From positions 1 through 34,363 of the forward strand of contig JBMNOT010000003.1 in the NCBI GenBank assembly GCA_050943225.1: a stretch of DNA of 34,363 nucleotides. The letters run 5' to 3'. A program made the position numbers and the translations under genes. The DNA is from Christensenellales bacterium (GTDB taxonomy: Bacteria > Bacillota > Clostridia > Christensenellales > SZUA-584). Positions 26,394 to 34,363 of this stretch are shown in pieces. The notes under the pieces are model-generated. The model was not told the origin of the DNA. It saw nothing but the letters and a program-made list of their open reading frames with translations, and did not search any database. Position 1 is the first letter of the stretch. Each line of letters opens with the position of its first letter.

Positions 26394-27507
26394 GGATGTA
26401 TTCGGCCTGATTTACGCCGGGGAAGAGAACCCCAATTTGCGCGAGCTGGTGCTGGCCCGCTCCGTTGCGGCGCTGCCCGTGGGCGGGCGCTACCGCGTGA
26501 TCGATTTTGCGCTGTCCAACATGGTGAACAGCGGCATCCGCAATGTGGGTATCATCACGCAGAAGAACTACCAGTCGCTGATGGACCATGTGGGCTCCGG
26601 CAAGGAGTGGGACTTGTCGCGCAAGACGGACGGCCTGTTTATACTGTCGCCGTTTGACAATTCGGAGAACACCGGCATCTACCGCGGCCTGTCCGACGCC
26701 ATCCGCGGCAGCATGCCGTACATCAAGCGCGCACGGCAGCCGTACTGCCTGCTGGTAGGCTCCTGCAACGTGCACACCGCCACCTACAACCACATGCTCA
26801 GGAATCACCTGGAGAAGAAGGCGGACATCACCATGCTCTACACTGTGGACAGCGGCGAACACCGCGACTATTACCGCGACCTGCGGCTGTTCACCGACGA
26901 AGAGGGCTGGGTCACTGAGATGGACTACAACTTCAAGTATTCCAGCTCCAACAAGGTGAGCATGGACGTGTACCTGATACACAAGAGCCTGCTGGAGTAT
27001 ATTATCGACCGCAGCATTGCCCACGGCCATTACGACTTCGTGGGCGACGCGCTGATGAAAAATGTGCGCAACCTGCGCATACTGGCGCTGGAGCACAAGG
27101 GCTATGTGGGCCGGCTGGATTCCGTGAACGCCTATTACCGCATGAACATGGATATGCTAAGGCCGGAGGTGCAGAAAGATTTGTTCTATACCGGCTGGCC
27201 GGTGTATACAAAGATAAAGGACGAAGCGCCTGTGAAATACGGCCAGGACGCGGCGGTGAAAAACAGCCTTTTAGCCAACGGCTGCGTGATAAACGGCGAG
27301 GTGGAAGACTGCATGCTGTTCCGCGGCGTGCGCATCGCCAAAGGTGCGAAGCTGAAGGGTTGCGTGATCATGCAGGAATGCGAAATCGACGCCAACTGTA
27401 CGCTGGAATACGTCATCGCGGACAAGAACTGCCATATCCGCGAGGGTCGGCGACTGGTGGGCGACCCCAACTACCCCAGCATCCTGAGGAAAGGAACGGT
27501 GTTGTGA
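26386..27507 (+). CDS. glgD: Glucose-1-phosphate adenylyltransferase, GlgD subunit
   Basis: GlgC paralogue without the catalytic loop (GLIYAGE), [42 protein letters not shown]; SD GGAGGTG. Confidence 0.92.
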   Translation: MIKDVFGLIYAGEENPNLRELVLARSVAALPVGGRYRVIDFALSNMVNSGIRNVGIITQKNYQSLMDHVGSGKEWDLSRKTDGLFILSPFDNSENTGIYRGLSDAIRGSMPYIKRARQPYCLLVGSCNVHTATYNHMLRNHLEKKADITMLYTVDSGEHRDYYRDLRLFTDEEGWVTEMDYNFKYSSSNKVSMDVYLIHKSLLEYIIDRSIAHGHYDFVGDALMKNVRNLRILALEHKGYVGRLDSVNAYYRMNMDMLRPEVQKDLFYTGWPVYTKIKDEAPVKYGQDAAVKNSLLANGCVINGEVEDCMLFRGVRIAKGAKLKGCVIMQECEIDANCTLEYVIADKNCHIREGRRLVGDPNYPSILRKGTVL

Positions 27508-27508
27508 T

Positions 27509-28999
27509 ATGAGTCGGCAAGCCCCGTTAAGCAGCGCGGACAAAGCGGCAGAATCCCCGAGGCTGCCCTCGATACTGATGGCGGCGGCTGAATGCGCGCC
27601 GTTCGCCAAAACGGGCGGCCTTGCGGACGTGGTGGGCACGCTGTCCAGAGAGCTCAAAGACCTGGGCTTTGATATCCGGCTGATGGTGCCATATCACCGC
27701 GTCATCAAGGACAAATACCGGGACGCCGTGCAGCATGTCGTCAGCTTCAGTGTGGATCTCGGCTGGCGCTCGCAGTACGCGGGCATAGAGCTTTTGGACT
27801 GGGACGGCCTGCCGGTGTACTTCATCGACAACGAATACTATTTCGGCCACGCCATCTACCGCGGCGGCAGCTTCGAGGGAGAGCAGTACGCCTACTTCTC
27901 CCGCGTGATACTGGAGGCGCTGCCGCTGATCGGCTTTGAGCCGGACATCATCCATGTCAACGACTGGCACACCGCGATGGTGCCCATGCTGCAAAAGACG
28001 CAATACGGCGGGAAGCCGCAGGGCCAGGCGAAAACCGTGCTGTCCATCCACAGCCTGGGCTATCAGGGGCGGTTCGACTTTAACTTCGCGGCGGATCTTT
28101 TGAGCATAGAGGGCAAATACTACAGCCCGGATTACCTGGAGTTTTTCGGCGGCGCCAACTTTATGAAGGGCGGCATTGTGTTCGCCGACCAGATCGTCAC
28201 CGTAAGCCCCACATACGCCGAGGAGATTTGCACGCCTGAGTACGGCGAAGGGCTGGACGGTGTGCTGCAAACCCGCCGGGACGACCTTATCGGCATACTC
28301 AACGGCATTGACACTGAGGTATATAATCCCGCGGACGATGAATACATCCCGCACCCGTACAGCGCGGACGACCTTTCGGGCAAGCAGCGGGACAAAGAGG
28401 CGCTGATCAAGGAGCTGGGGATAAGGATAAAGCCCGATACGCCGCTTATTGGCATGGTGTCGCGCCTGACCCGCCAGAAAGGGCTGGATCTGCTGCTGTC
28501 GGTATTTGACGAACTGATGAAAGAGGACGTCGGGCTGGTGTTGCTGGGCACAGGCGACACGGAATACGAGGAATTCTTCCGCAGCGCCGCTTTCCGGTCC
28601 GATGGGCGCGCTAAGGGAATCACGCTGTTTGACGAGGCGCTGGCGCACCGCATCTATGCGGGCAGCGACCTGTTCCTGATGCCGTCGCGTTTCGAGCCAT
28701 GCGGCCTGGCGCAGATGATTGCGCTGCGGTACGGCACGCTGCCCATCGTACGCGCCACCGGCGGACTGAAGGATACCGTCGTGCCATATAATGAGTATAC
28801 GGGAGAGGGTAACGGCTTTTCGTTCGACAACTATAACGCGCACGACATGCTCAGTACCATCCGCTACGCGCTCGGCATATGCCGCGACGCGGACCGGCTT
28901 CATGCGCTCCGGCGGCGTGCCATGACTCAGGACTGGAGTTTCAAGAAGAGCGCCGAAAAGTACGCCGCGCTGTACCGCGATATGATGGGGATGCAGTAG
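27509..28999 (+). CDS. glgA: Glycogen synthase
   Basis: ECAPFAKTGGLADV, HVNDWHT, TVSPTYA.EI, GILNGID, VSRL..QKGLDL, MPSRFEPCGL, TGGLKDTV. Confidence 0.95.
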   Translation: MSRQAPLSSADKAAESPRLPSILMAAAECAPFAKTGGLADVVGTLSRELKDLGFDIRLMVPYHRVIKDKYRDAVQHVVSFSVDLGWRSQYAGIELLDWDGLPVYFIDNEYYFGHAIYRGGSFEGEQYAYFSRVILEALPLIGFEPDIIHVNDWHTAMVPMLQKTQYGGKPQGQAKTVLSIHSLGYQGRFDFNFAADLLSIEGKYYSPDYLEFFGGANFMKGGIVFADQIVTVSPTYAEEICTPEYGEGLDGVLQTRRDDLIGILNGIDTEVYNPADDEYIPHPYSADDLSGKQRDKEALIKELGIRIKPDTPLIGMVSRLTRQKGLDLLLSVFDELMKEDVGLVLLGTGDTEYEEFFRSAAFRSDGRAKGITLFDEALAHRIYAGSDLFLMPSRFEPCGLAQMIALRYGTLPIVRATGGLKDTVVPYNEYTGEGNGFSFDNYNAHDMLSTIRYALGICRDADRLHALRRRAMTQDWSFKKSAEKYAALYRDMMGMQ

Positions 29000-29025
29000 T
29001 ATAAGGAAATACGATCCTGCCGGAA

Positions 29026-29054
29026 TTGACACGAAGGGCAGAGCCTAATAGAAT
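29026..29054 (+). promoter_or_regulatory. Sigma-A promoter for glgP and downstream genes
   Basis: TTGACA-N17-TAGAAT in the glgA-glgP gap. Confidence 0.7.
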
Positions 29055-29088
29055 AGCTGCAATAAACAAAGACCCCGGAGGGCTGTCA

Positions 29089-31533
29089 TTGCATAACGAG
29101 AATAGCGACAATACGGGCAAGCTCAGGCAGATCATTGAGGGCAAGCTCAACAGGTATTACGGGCGAACGCTGGACAACGCCTCGGAAGAAGAGATTTTCC
29201 AGGCGGTGGCGCTCAGCCTGCGCGACAGAATTTTGGAACGCGCGGCAAAAGCAGGAGAGGAGACAGCGCGGCGCGGCATGAAAACGCTGTATTACTTGTC
29301 CGCAGAGTTCCTGCTGGGCCGGGCGCTGGTCAACAACATGGTAAGTCTCGGTGCGCTGGACGAGTACCGTGCGGTGCTGGACGAGATCGGCTATCCGTTT
29401 GACAGGCTGGAGGACCAGGAGAACGAGGCGGGCCTGGGCAACGGCGGCCTCGGGCGTCTGGCGGCCTGCTTCCTCGACTCGCTGTCCACGCTCAACATGC
29501 CGGTTATCGGCTCAGGCATACGCTACGAATACGGCATATTCCGCCAGCGCATTGTGGACGGCAAACAGGTGGAAGTGCCGGATGACTGGACGGCCAAGGG
29601 CGACGTCTGGTCTGTCGAGCGGCGCGAGGAGCAGGTGGAGGTGCGCTTCGAAGGCACGGTGGAAGAGGTGTGGTCGGAACAGGGCCTTACTGTTCACCAC
29701 AGGAACTACCAGTCGGTATTGGCCGTGCCCTACGACATGCCGGTGATCGGTTACGACAGCAAAATGCCCGCGACGCTGAGGCTGTGGAGCGCCGAATGCC
29801 CGTCGTTCGACTTAGAGTCGTTCAATAAGGGCGATTACGGCTGCATGGTGCAGCAGCGCGAGCTGGCGGAGACCATTTCCAAGGTGCTGTACCCGGAGGA
29901 CAACCACATTGCGGGGCGGATGCTGCGGCTCAAGCAGTATTATTTCCTCGCGTCCGCCACTATGCAGCACATGGTGCGCGAGCACAAGAAGCGTTACGGC
30001 GATGTGCGCACGCTGCCCGACAAAGTGGTGGTGCAGATAAACGACACGCACCCGGCGTTCGCTATCCCCGAGCTGATGCGCATACTGCTGGACGAGGAAA
30101 GGCTGAACTGGGACGAAGCTTATGGTATCGTCAGCCGGATATTCAGCTACACCAACCACACGGTGATGCGGGAAGCGCTGGAGGTATGGCCGGAGCAGAT
30201 GTTCAAGGTGCTGCTGCCGCGGGTATATTCTATCGTTGTTGCGCTAAACGACCGGTTCAGCGATAAGCTGCAAAAAGCGTTTCCGGGCGACTGGGATAAG
30301 ATAGCCGCCATGTCCATCATCGCGCACGATGAGGTCCGCATGGCCAACATGTGCCTGGCGGTGTGCAGCCGCATAAACGGCGTGTCGCAGCTGCACGGCG
30401 ACATATTAAAGACGCGCACTTTCCGGGATTTCTATGTGATCAGCCCGGAGAAATTCGTTGCGATTACCAACGGCATCACGCAGCGGCGCTGGCTGGCCGC
30501 GGCCAACCCGGCGCTGTGCGGTTTGATACACGACTATATCGGCGGCGGTTTTCTAAAGGACAGCCGCGAGCTGGAGCGTTTAAAGCCGCTGGCTGACAAC
30601 CCCGCCTTTTTCGCTGATTTCGCGCGGGTGAAGGAGCAGAACAAGCGCTGCCTCGCGGAGTATGTGAAAAAGACGCAAGGCGTTGCGCTAAACCCGGACA
30701 CGGTGTTCGACGTGCAGGCCAAGCGGCTTCACGAATACAAACGCCAGCTACTAAAAGTGCTGCACATACTCTATCTCTACAACCGGCTCACGGAGGATGT
30801 TTCATTTTCGCTGCCCCAGCCGGTGACGTTCCTGTTTGCGGCCAAGGCGTCGCCCGCATACCACAGGGCCAAGAGCATCATCCATCTCATCAACGCGGTG
30901 GCGGCGCTGGTAGAATCGAACCCGCGCACACGGGATGCCATCCGCGTGCAGTTCCTCGAGAACTACAACGTCACGCTAGCTGAGCGGCTGATCCCTGCGG
31001 CGGATATCAGCGAGCAGCTGTCCACGGCGGGCCGCGAGGCTTCGGGCACCGGCAACATGAAGTTTATGCTGAATGGCGCGGTGACGCTGGGCACTATGGA
31101 CGGCGCCAACGTCGAGATATTCGAGCGGGTGGGTCCGGACAACATATTCATATTCGGTGCGTCAGCCGAGGAGATTGCCTGCATGGAGCGCGACAGGAGC
31201 TACGACCCGGGGAAGATATTCGACTCTAATCCGGACGTGAAAGCGGCGGTGACGCGTTTGATTGACGGGTCGCTGCCCGGCGTGGACGCAGGGCAGTTCG
31301 AGGACATCTACCGGTCGCTGCTGACTGGAGATTACGACCCGGCCGACAGGTATTTCGTACTGTACGATTTCGATTCTTACCGCGAGGTTTTCGATATGGT
31401 GATGAGGGCCTACGTCGACCGGGCGGCATGGACGCGCAGGGCGGCGCTCAATACCGCCAGCGCAGGCTTTTTCAGCTCCGACCGGACAGTCGCGGAATAC
31501 AACCGGCTGATCTGGCATCTGGAATCGCTGTAG
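29089..31533 (+). CDS. glgP: Glycogen/maltodextrin phosphorylase
   Basis: YYLSAEFL.GR, LGNGGLGRLAACFLDS, LYPED, INDTHP, YTNHT, KRLHEYKRQLL, PLP site EASGTGNMKF, FSSDRT. TTG 29089 lies 7 nt after GGAGG. Confidence 0.93.
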   Translation: MHNENSDNTGKLRQIIEGKLNRYYGRTLDNASEEEIFQAVALSLRDRILERAAKAGEETARRGMKTLYYLSAEFLLGRALVNNMVSLGALDEYRAVLDEIGYPFDRLEDQENEAGLGNGGLGRLAACFLDSLSTLNMPVIGSGIRYEYGIFRQRIVDGKQVEVPDDWTAKGDVWSVERREEQVEVRFEGTVEEVWSEQGLTVHHRNYQSVLAVPYDMPVIGYDSKMPATLRLWSAECPSFDLESFNKGDYGCMVQQRELAETISKVLYPEDNHIAGRMLRLKQYYFLASATMQHMVREHKKRYGDVRTLPDKVVVQINDTHPAFAIPELMRILLDEERLNWDEAYGIVSRIFSYTNHTVMREALEVWPEQMFKVLLPRVYSIVVALNDRFSDKLQKAFPGDWDKIAAMSIIAHDEVRMANMCLAVCSRINGVSQLHGDILKTRTFRDFYVISPEKFVAITNGITQRRWLAAANPALCGLIHDYIGGGFLKDSRELERLKPLADNPAFFADFARVKEQNKRCLAEYVKKTQGVALNPDTVFDVQAKRLHEYKRQLLKVLHILYLYNRLTEDVSFSLPQPVTFLFAAKASPAYHRAKSIIHLINAVAALVESNPRTRDAIRVQFLENYNVTLAERLIPAADISEQLSTAGREASGTGNMKFMLNGAVTLGTMDGANVEIFERVGPDNIFIFGASAEEIACMERDRSYDPGKIFDSNPDVKAAVTRLIDGSLPGVDAGQFEDIYRSLLTGDYDPADRYFVLYDFDSYREVFDMVMRAYVDRAAWTRRAALNTASAGFFSSDRTVAEYNRLIWHLESL

Positions 31534-31554
31534 ATTACAAGGGGAGGATGAGGC

Positions 31555-33570
31555 ATGCTGGCAGGTTACCGGAACGAAATGCTGCACGATTCCTCTCTGT
31601 ATATTTTTCGGGAGCCTGTGGGCGCTGTACAGGCGGGCGCTGCGGTCACGATACGTTTCCGCACGCGGCTTAGGCATGTAGAAGGCGTCTTTCTCTGCGT
31701 ATATAGCGACCAGTTCCGTGAGAACTATAGCATGGCGCTGGAGGATGGCTTCTGGCAGATATCGTTTGCCGCGCCTTCTGAGCCCGACATATACTGGTAT
31801 CATTTCGCTGTCAAAACGGACGGAAAACTCGTCTACTACGGCGCGGACGGCAAACGCACGGCGGGCATGGGCTGCTCCTACACCGAGCTGCCGCCCGCGT
31901 TTCAGCTGACAGTGTATGCCCCCGGTTTTATGCCGGCTGTGTGGTTTCCCGGCGCGGTGATGTACCAGATATTCCCCGACCGGTTCCGGCGCAGCGAGGA
32001 CGACACGGCGCAAAAAGGGTTTGAATATCACCGGTCCAAAGGGCACACCGTTTACGAGCACAAAAACTGGGACGAGATGCCGCTGTATAAGCCGCTGGAG
32101 GGGCAGAAGGCGTACGACCCGTGCGACTATTTCGGCGGTACGCTGAAAGGCATCGAGGACTCGTTGGACTACATCGCCGGCCTCGGCGTGGACGTGATAT
32201 ACTTAAACCCCGTGTTTGAAGCGGCGTCCAACCACCGCTACAACACGGCGGACTATATGCGCATTGACCCGGTGCTGGGCAGCGAGGAGAGCCTAAAAAC
32301 GCTGTGCGAAAAGGCGGCGGAGCGCGGCATCCGCATCATGCTGGACGGCGTGTTTTCGCACACCGGGGCAGACAGCATCTACTTCAACAAAAACCGCGCT
32401 TACGACAGCGTGGGCGCAGCCAACAGCCCGGAATCGCCGTATTACCGGTGGTACAGCTTCGAGCATTACCCTGACAAATACCGTTGCTGGTGGGGGTTCG
32501 AGTCGCTGCCCGAGGTGAACGAGCACGACCCGCATTGGCAGGAATTCGTTGTGGCAGGCGAAAACAGCGTCATCCGGTACTGGCTTCGGGCGGGCGTGAT
32601 GGGATACCGGCTGGATGTGGCGGACGAGCTGCCGGACGACGTGCTGGAACTGATATACAGCACGGCGCGGCAGACGCAGCCCGACGCCGTGATACTGGGT
32701 GAGGTGTGGGAAGACGCGACCACCAAATACAGCTATGGCAACAAACGGCGCTACGCGTTGGGCGGGCGGCTGGATTCGGTGACCAACTACCCGTTCCGCA
32801 GCGCGGTTATCAGCTTTCTTACCGGCAGGACGGACGCGGAGGACCTGCGCGATTTTCTGGTCGAACAGGCGGTGAAATACCCGCCGCCCATGTACCACTG
32901 CCTGACGAACCTGCTGTCGTCCCACGATGTGACGCGCATACGGACGGCACTCAGCACATCCATCGACCCGCACAGCTTAACGCGCGAACAGCAGGCCACG
33001 TTTGTCATCAGCGACAGCCAGAACCGCAGGGGAGCTCTCCGGCAGCGGCTGGCGGCGGCGCTGCAGTTTGCGGCGCCCGGCGTGCCGTGCGTATACTATG
33101 GCGACGAGCATGGCATGAACGGATTCCTGGACCCGTTCAACCGCGGCACGTTTCGGGAAGGGCCGTACAGCCTGATAGAGGATTACCGCCTGTTTGCGCG
33201 GCTGCGCCGCGGCGCGGACGCCCTGCGCACCGGCTATGCCGTATTTTACGCGCCCAATCCCGACTGCATCACGGTGCTGCGCTATGTAACGAGCGGCCGC
33301 GATGCGCTGGGACGTGAGGCGCAGGACGGCGCTTATCTGGTGGTGGTCAACCGCTCGGAGTTGCCGCGGCGGTTCGTGCTGGACTTTTTGGTGCGCACCC
33401 CGCTGTTTCATCCGGCTCACCAGACGGCGCTGCACCGGCTGATGATCGGCGAGGCGGTGTGCCATATCACCGGCAGGAGGTTTGCCGTAAAGGACGGGCT
33501 GCTGGACATGACGATGCCCGGCCTGAGCGCTGTCTGGCTGGAATTTGAACCGGGGGAAAACGTGGAATAA
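31555..33570 (+). CDS. GH13 alpha-amylase-family enzyme (neopullulanase/amylopullulanase-like; probable debranching role)
   Basis: YQIFPDRF, FGGTLKGI, YLNPVF..SNHRY, DGVFSH, GYRLDVADE, GEVWE, LLSSHD, YYGDE. Confidence 0.9.
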   Translation: MLAGYRNEMLHDSSLYIFREPVGAVQAGAAVTIRFRTRLRHVEGVFLCVYSDQFRENYSMALEDGFWQISFAAPSEPDIYWYHFAVKTDGKLVYYGADGKRTAGMGCSYTELPPAFQLTVYAPGFMPAVWFPGAVMYQIFPDRFRRSEDDTAQKGFEYHRSKGHTVYEHKNWDEMPLYKPLEGQKAYDPCDYFGGTLKGIEDSLDYIAGLGVDVIYLNPVFEAASNHRYNTADYMRIDPVLGSEESLKTLCEKAAERGIRIMLDGVFSHTGADSIYFNKNRAYDSVGAANSPESPYYRWYSFEHYPDKYRCWWGFESLPEVNEHDPHWQEFVVAGENSVIRYWLRAGVMGYRLDVADELPDDVLELIYSTARQTQPDAVILGEVWEDATTKYSYGNKRRYALGGRLDSVTNYPFRSAVISFLTGRTDAEDLRDFLVEQAVKYPPPMYHCLTNLLSSHDVTRIRTALSTSIDPHSLTREQQATFVISDSQNRRGALRQRLAAALQFAAPGVPCVYYGDEHGMNGFLDPFNRGTFREGPYSLIEDYRLFARLRRGADALRTGYAVFYAPNPDCITVLRYVTSGRDALGREAQDGAYLVVVNRSELPRRFVLDFLVRTPLFHPAHQTALHRLMIGEAVCHITGRRFAVKDGLLDMTMPGLSAVWLEFEPGENVE

Positions 33571-33588
33571 TATAGTCGGGAGGCTTTT

Positions 33589-34363
33589 ATGACATATCTT
33601 GAGACATACGCGCGGTGGCTGGATGCCGTTAAAGACCCCGCGCTTCTGGAAGAGCTTAACACGATAAAGGGCGACGACGCGCAGATTAAGGAGCGGTTTT
33701 TTGCCGACCTGCCGTTTGGCACGGCGGGGCTGCGCGGCATCATCGGCGCGGGCGTGGCCCGCATGAACCGCTACGTGGTGGGCCGCGCCACGCAGGGGCT
33801 GGCGAACTACCTGAAAAAGGGCGGCAAGATGGACCTCAAGATGGTGATCGCGTACGATTCTCGGCGTTGTTCCCGCGAGTTCGCGCGGGAAGCGGCCTGT
33901 GTACTGGCGGGCAACGGCATCAAGGCCTACCTGTTCAGCCAGCTGACCAGCGTGCCCGAGCTGTCATTCGCGGTGGGCTATCTGAAAACAGACGGCGGCA
34001 TTGTGATTACGGCGAGCCACAATCCGCGGGATTACAACGGGTACAAGGTGTACGCGTCATACGGCGGGCAGCTGGGGCCGGAGGAGAGCCTTAAGGTGAT
34101 GGAATGCATCCGGGAGCTGGATTCGTTTGCCGACGTGAAGCGCGCCGATTACGAGGCCAGCGTTGCAAATGGGCTGATCGAGGAAGTGGGCGAGGAGATT
34201 GACCGCGCTTACTACCGGCATATTTTAGAGCTGTGCGGCACGGACAGCGCGGAGGATTTTGCGGTGGTGTACACGCCGCTCCACGGCTCGGGGCTGCGCA
34301 CGGCGCAAAATGTATTTCCCGCGGCAGGGTTTGAGCGTTTTTATGTCGTGGAGGCGCAGAAAC
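33589..34363 (+). CDS. pgm: Phosphoglucomutase/phosphomannomutase, 3'-truncated by the window
   Basis: Absent from the ORF track because there is no stop in the window. SD GGGAGG; MTYLETYARWL..FGTAGLRG, IAYDSR, phosphoserine motif ITASHNP..YNGYKVY, VYTPLHGSG. Confidence 0.9.
   Translation, partial: MTYLETYARWLDAVKDPALLEELNTIKGDDAQIKERFFADLPFGTAGLRGIIGAGVARMNRYVVGRATQGLANYLKKGGKMDLKMVIAYDSRRCSREFAREAACVLAGNGIKAYLFSQLTSVPELSFAVGYLKTDGGIVITASHNPRDYNGYKVYASYGGQLGPEESLKVMECIRELDSFADVKRADYEASVANGLIEEVGEEIDRAYYRHILELCGTDSAEDFAVVYTPLHGSGLRTAQNVFPAAGFERFYVVEAQK

Overview
GC-rich (about 60% by eye) chromosomal window, most likely from a spore-forming Clostridia-type Firmicute. This is inferred from glgC/glgD, a split MetH, spore-surface-like proteins and sigma-A/H/E/G-like promoters. 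Gene order: 3' part of ligD; tRNA-Leu(CAA) on the minus strand, flanked by two candidate non-coding RNAs; a GGDEF protein; metF divergent from a split B12-dependent methionine synthase and a PHP phosphatase; a 1086-aa acyl-adenylation/ACP/alpha-oxoamine-synthase fusion with galE; three probable spore-surface genes; oadB/oadG-like Na+-pump subunits behind a candidate riboswitch; a GntR/ABC operon; an M14 lipoprotein peptidase; a CopZ-like protein; a TipA-like MerR regulator; a PfkB kinase with malQ; and a glycogen cluster (glgB, C, D, A, P, a GH13 enzyme, pgm truncated by the window end). No CRISPR array, transposase or integrase was seen. The best leads are the tri-domain lipid synthase (possibly sphingoid-like), the ~13-nt periodic repeat RNA in the tRNA 3' trailer, a stand-alone ~100-nt sRNA candidate, and the two-hairpin leader upstream of oadB. 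All family assignments come from motif recognition by eye; no searches were run.
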